Positions 8,368-8,709 of a stretch of 8,709 bases of DNA are shown in pieces. Both the position numbers and the translations under genes were made by a program. Under the pieces are notes generated by a model that ran no database searches, was not told the origin of the DNA, and saw only the letters and a list, made by a program, of their open reading frames with translations. This DNA is from Takakia lepidozioides (taxonomy: Eukaryota > Plantae > Bryophyta), in assembly GCA_030704615.1 (NCBI GenBank), contig JAKLZA010000193.1, positions 1 to 8,709 of the forward strand. The letters run 5' to 3'. The stretch's first letter is position 1; the number at the start of each line of letters is the position of its first letter.

Positions 8368-8377
8368 AGGGGGGCGA
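8368..8377 (+). promoter_or_regulatory. Candidate polypurine tract; possible 3' LTR start at TG 8379
   Basis: AGGGGGGCGA about 250 bp after the pol stop, followed by T-TGTGTGG. It is short and there is no 5' LTR copy to confirm it. Confidence 0.4.
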
Positions 8378-8385
8378 TTGTGTGG

Positions 8386-8496
8386 ACTAGTGACTGCCAT
8401 AGTGGGCAGCGTAGTGGCAGCCTAGTGACTGACTAGTTGTAGCCTAGTGGTTGGCTTAGTGGCTGGACTAGTGGTAGACTAGTGGTATACTAGTGT
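8386..8496. repeat. Ten-unit 11-12-bp tandem array with a (C)TAGT(GG) core
   Basis: TAGT at 8388, 8400, 8412, 8423, 8434, 8445, 8457, 8469, 8480 and 8491. Confidence 0.88.
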
Positions 8497-8571
8497 GTGG
8501 TGTGCACATGTGTTGTGTGGTTTTGGACAGCGATGTAGTTGTGTAGCAATATGTATGCGCACGACAGCATG

Positions 8572-8600
8572 AAAAAAAAAAATTAGGGTGGGAGGGTGGG
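8572..8600 (+). other. A11 tract followed by a G-quadruplex motif
   Basis: A run at 8572-8582, then GGG-T-GGG-A-GGG-T-GGG at 8586-8600. Confidence 0.7.
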
Positions 8601-8709
8601 ATTTCCAAGACAACCATCGCCCTAGATTCAGATGTCATTCATCATTGAAGGAGTCTTGTTTTTCTTATAAAACAATCGGGACAAACACCACCTTTGGTAC
8701 ATACCAGAT

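Larger units (their letters stand above)
726..8570 (+). mobile_element. Ty3/gypsy (Metaviridae) LTR retrotransposon carrying a DNMT3-like methyltransferase and a PHD finger; boundaries approximate
   Basis: The order gag-PR-(DNMT)-RT-RNaseH-IN, with integrase after RNase H, is diagnostic of Ty3/gypsy. All core motifs are readable on the + strand. No LTR pair was found, so both ends are uncertain and the element may include the repeats at 71-633. Confidence 0.95.

Noticed and set aside
8583-8588. Telomeric repeat TTAGGG
   Set aside because: It is a single copy only, which is expected by chance.

Overview
This window is eukaryotic and almost entirely one + strand Ty3/gypsy-type LTR retrotransposon. 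The domain order is gag (major-homology-like region, two CCHC knuckles), aspartic protease, a complete DNMT3-like C5 cytosine methyltransferase, reverse transcriptase (YIDD), RNase H, integrase (HHCC + DDE) and a C-terminal PHD finger. The polyprotein is broken by about eight frameshifts, each repaired by adding one base, mostly at a short mononucleotide run. These look like long-read errors rather than decay. A single in-frame TAG between the methyltransferase and RT sits in a perfect CAR-YYA readthrough context. A degenerate 50-bp (5 x 10 bp) tandem array precedes gag, and an 11-12-bp CTAGTG array follows a candidate polypurine tract. No matching LTR pair or primer-binding site is visible in the window. 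The host is probably a non-seed plant or streptophyte alga; this is an inference from remembered element sequences and was not verified.
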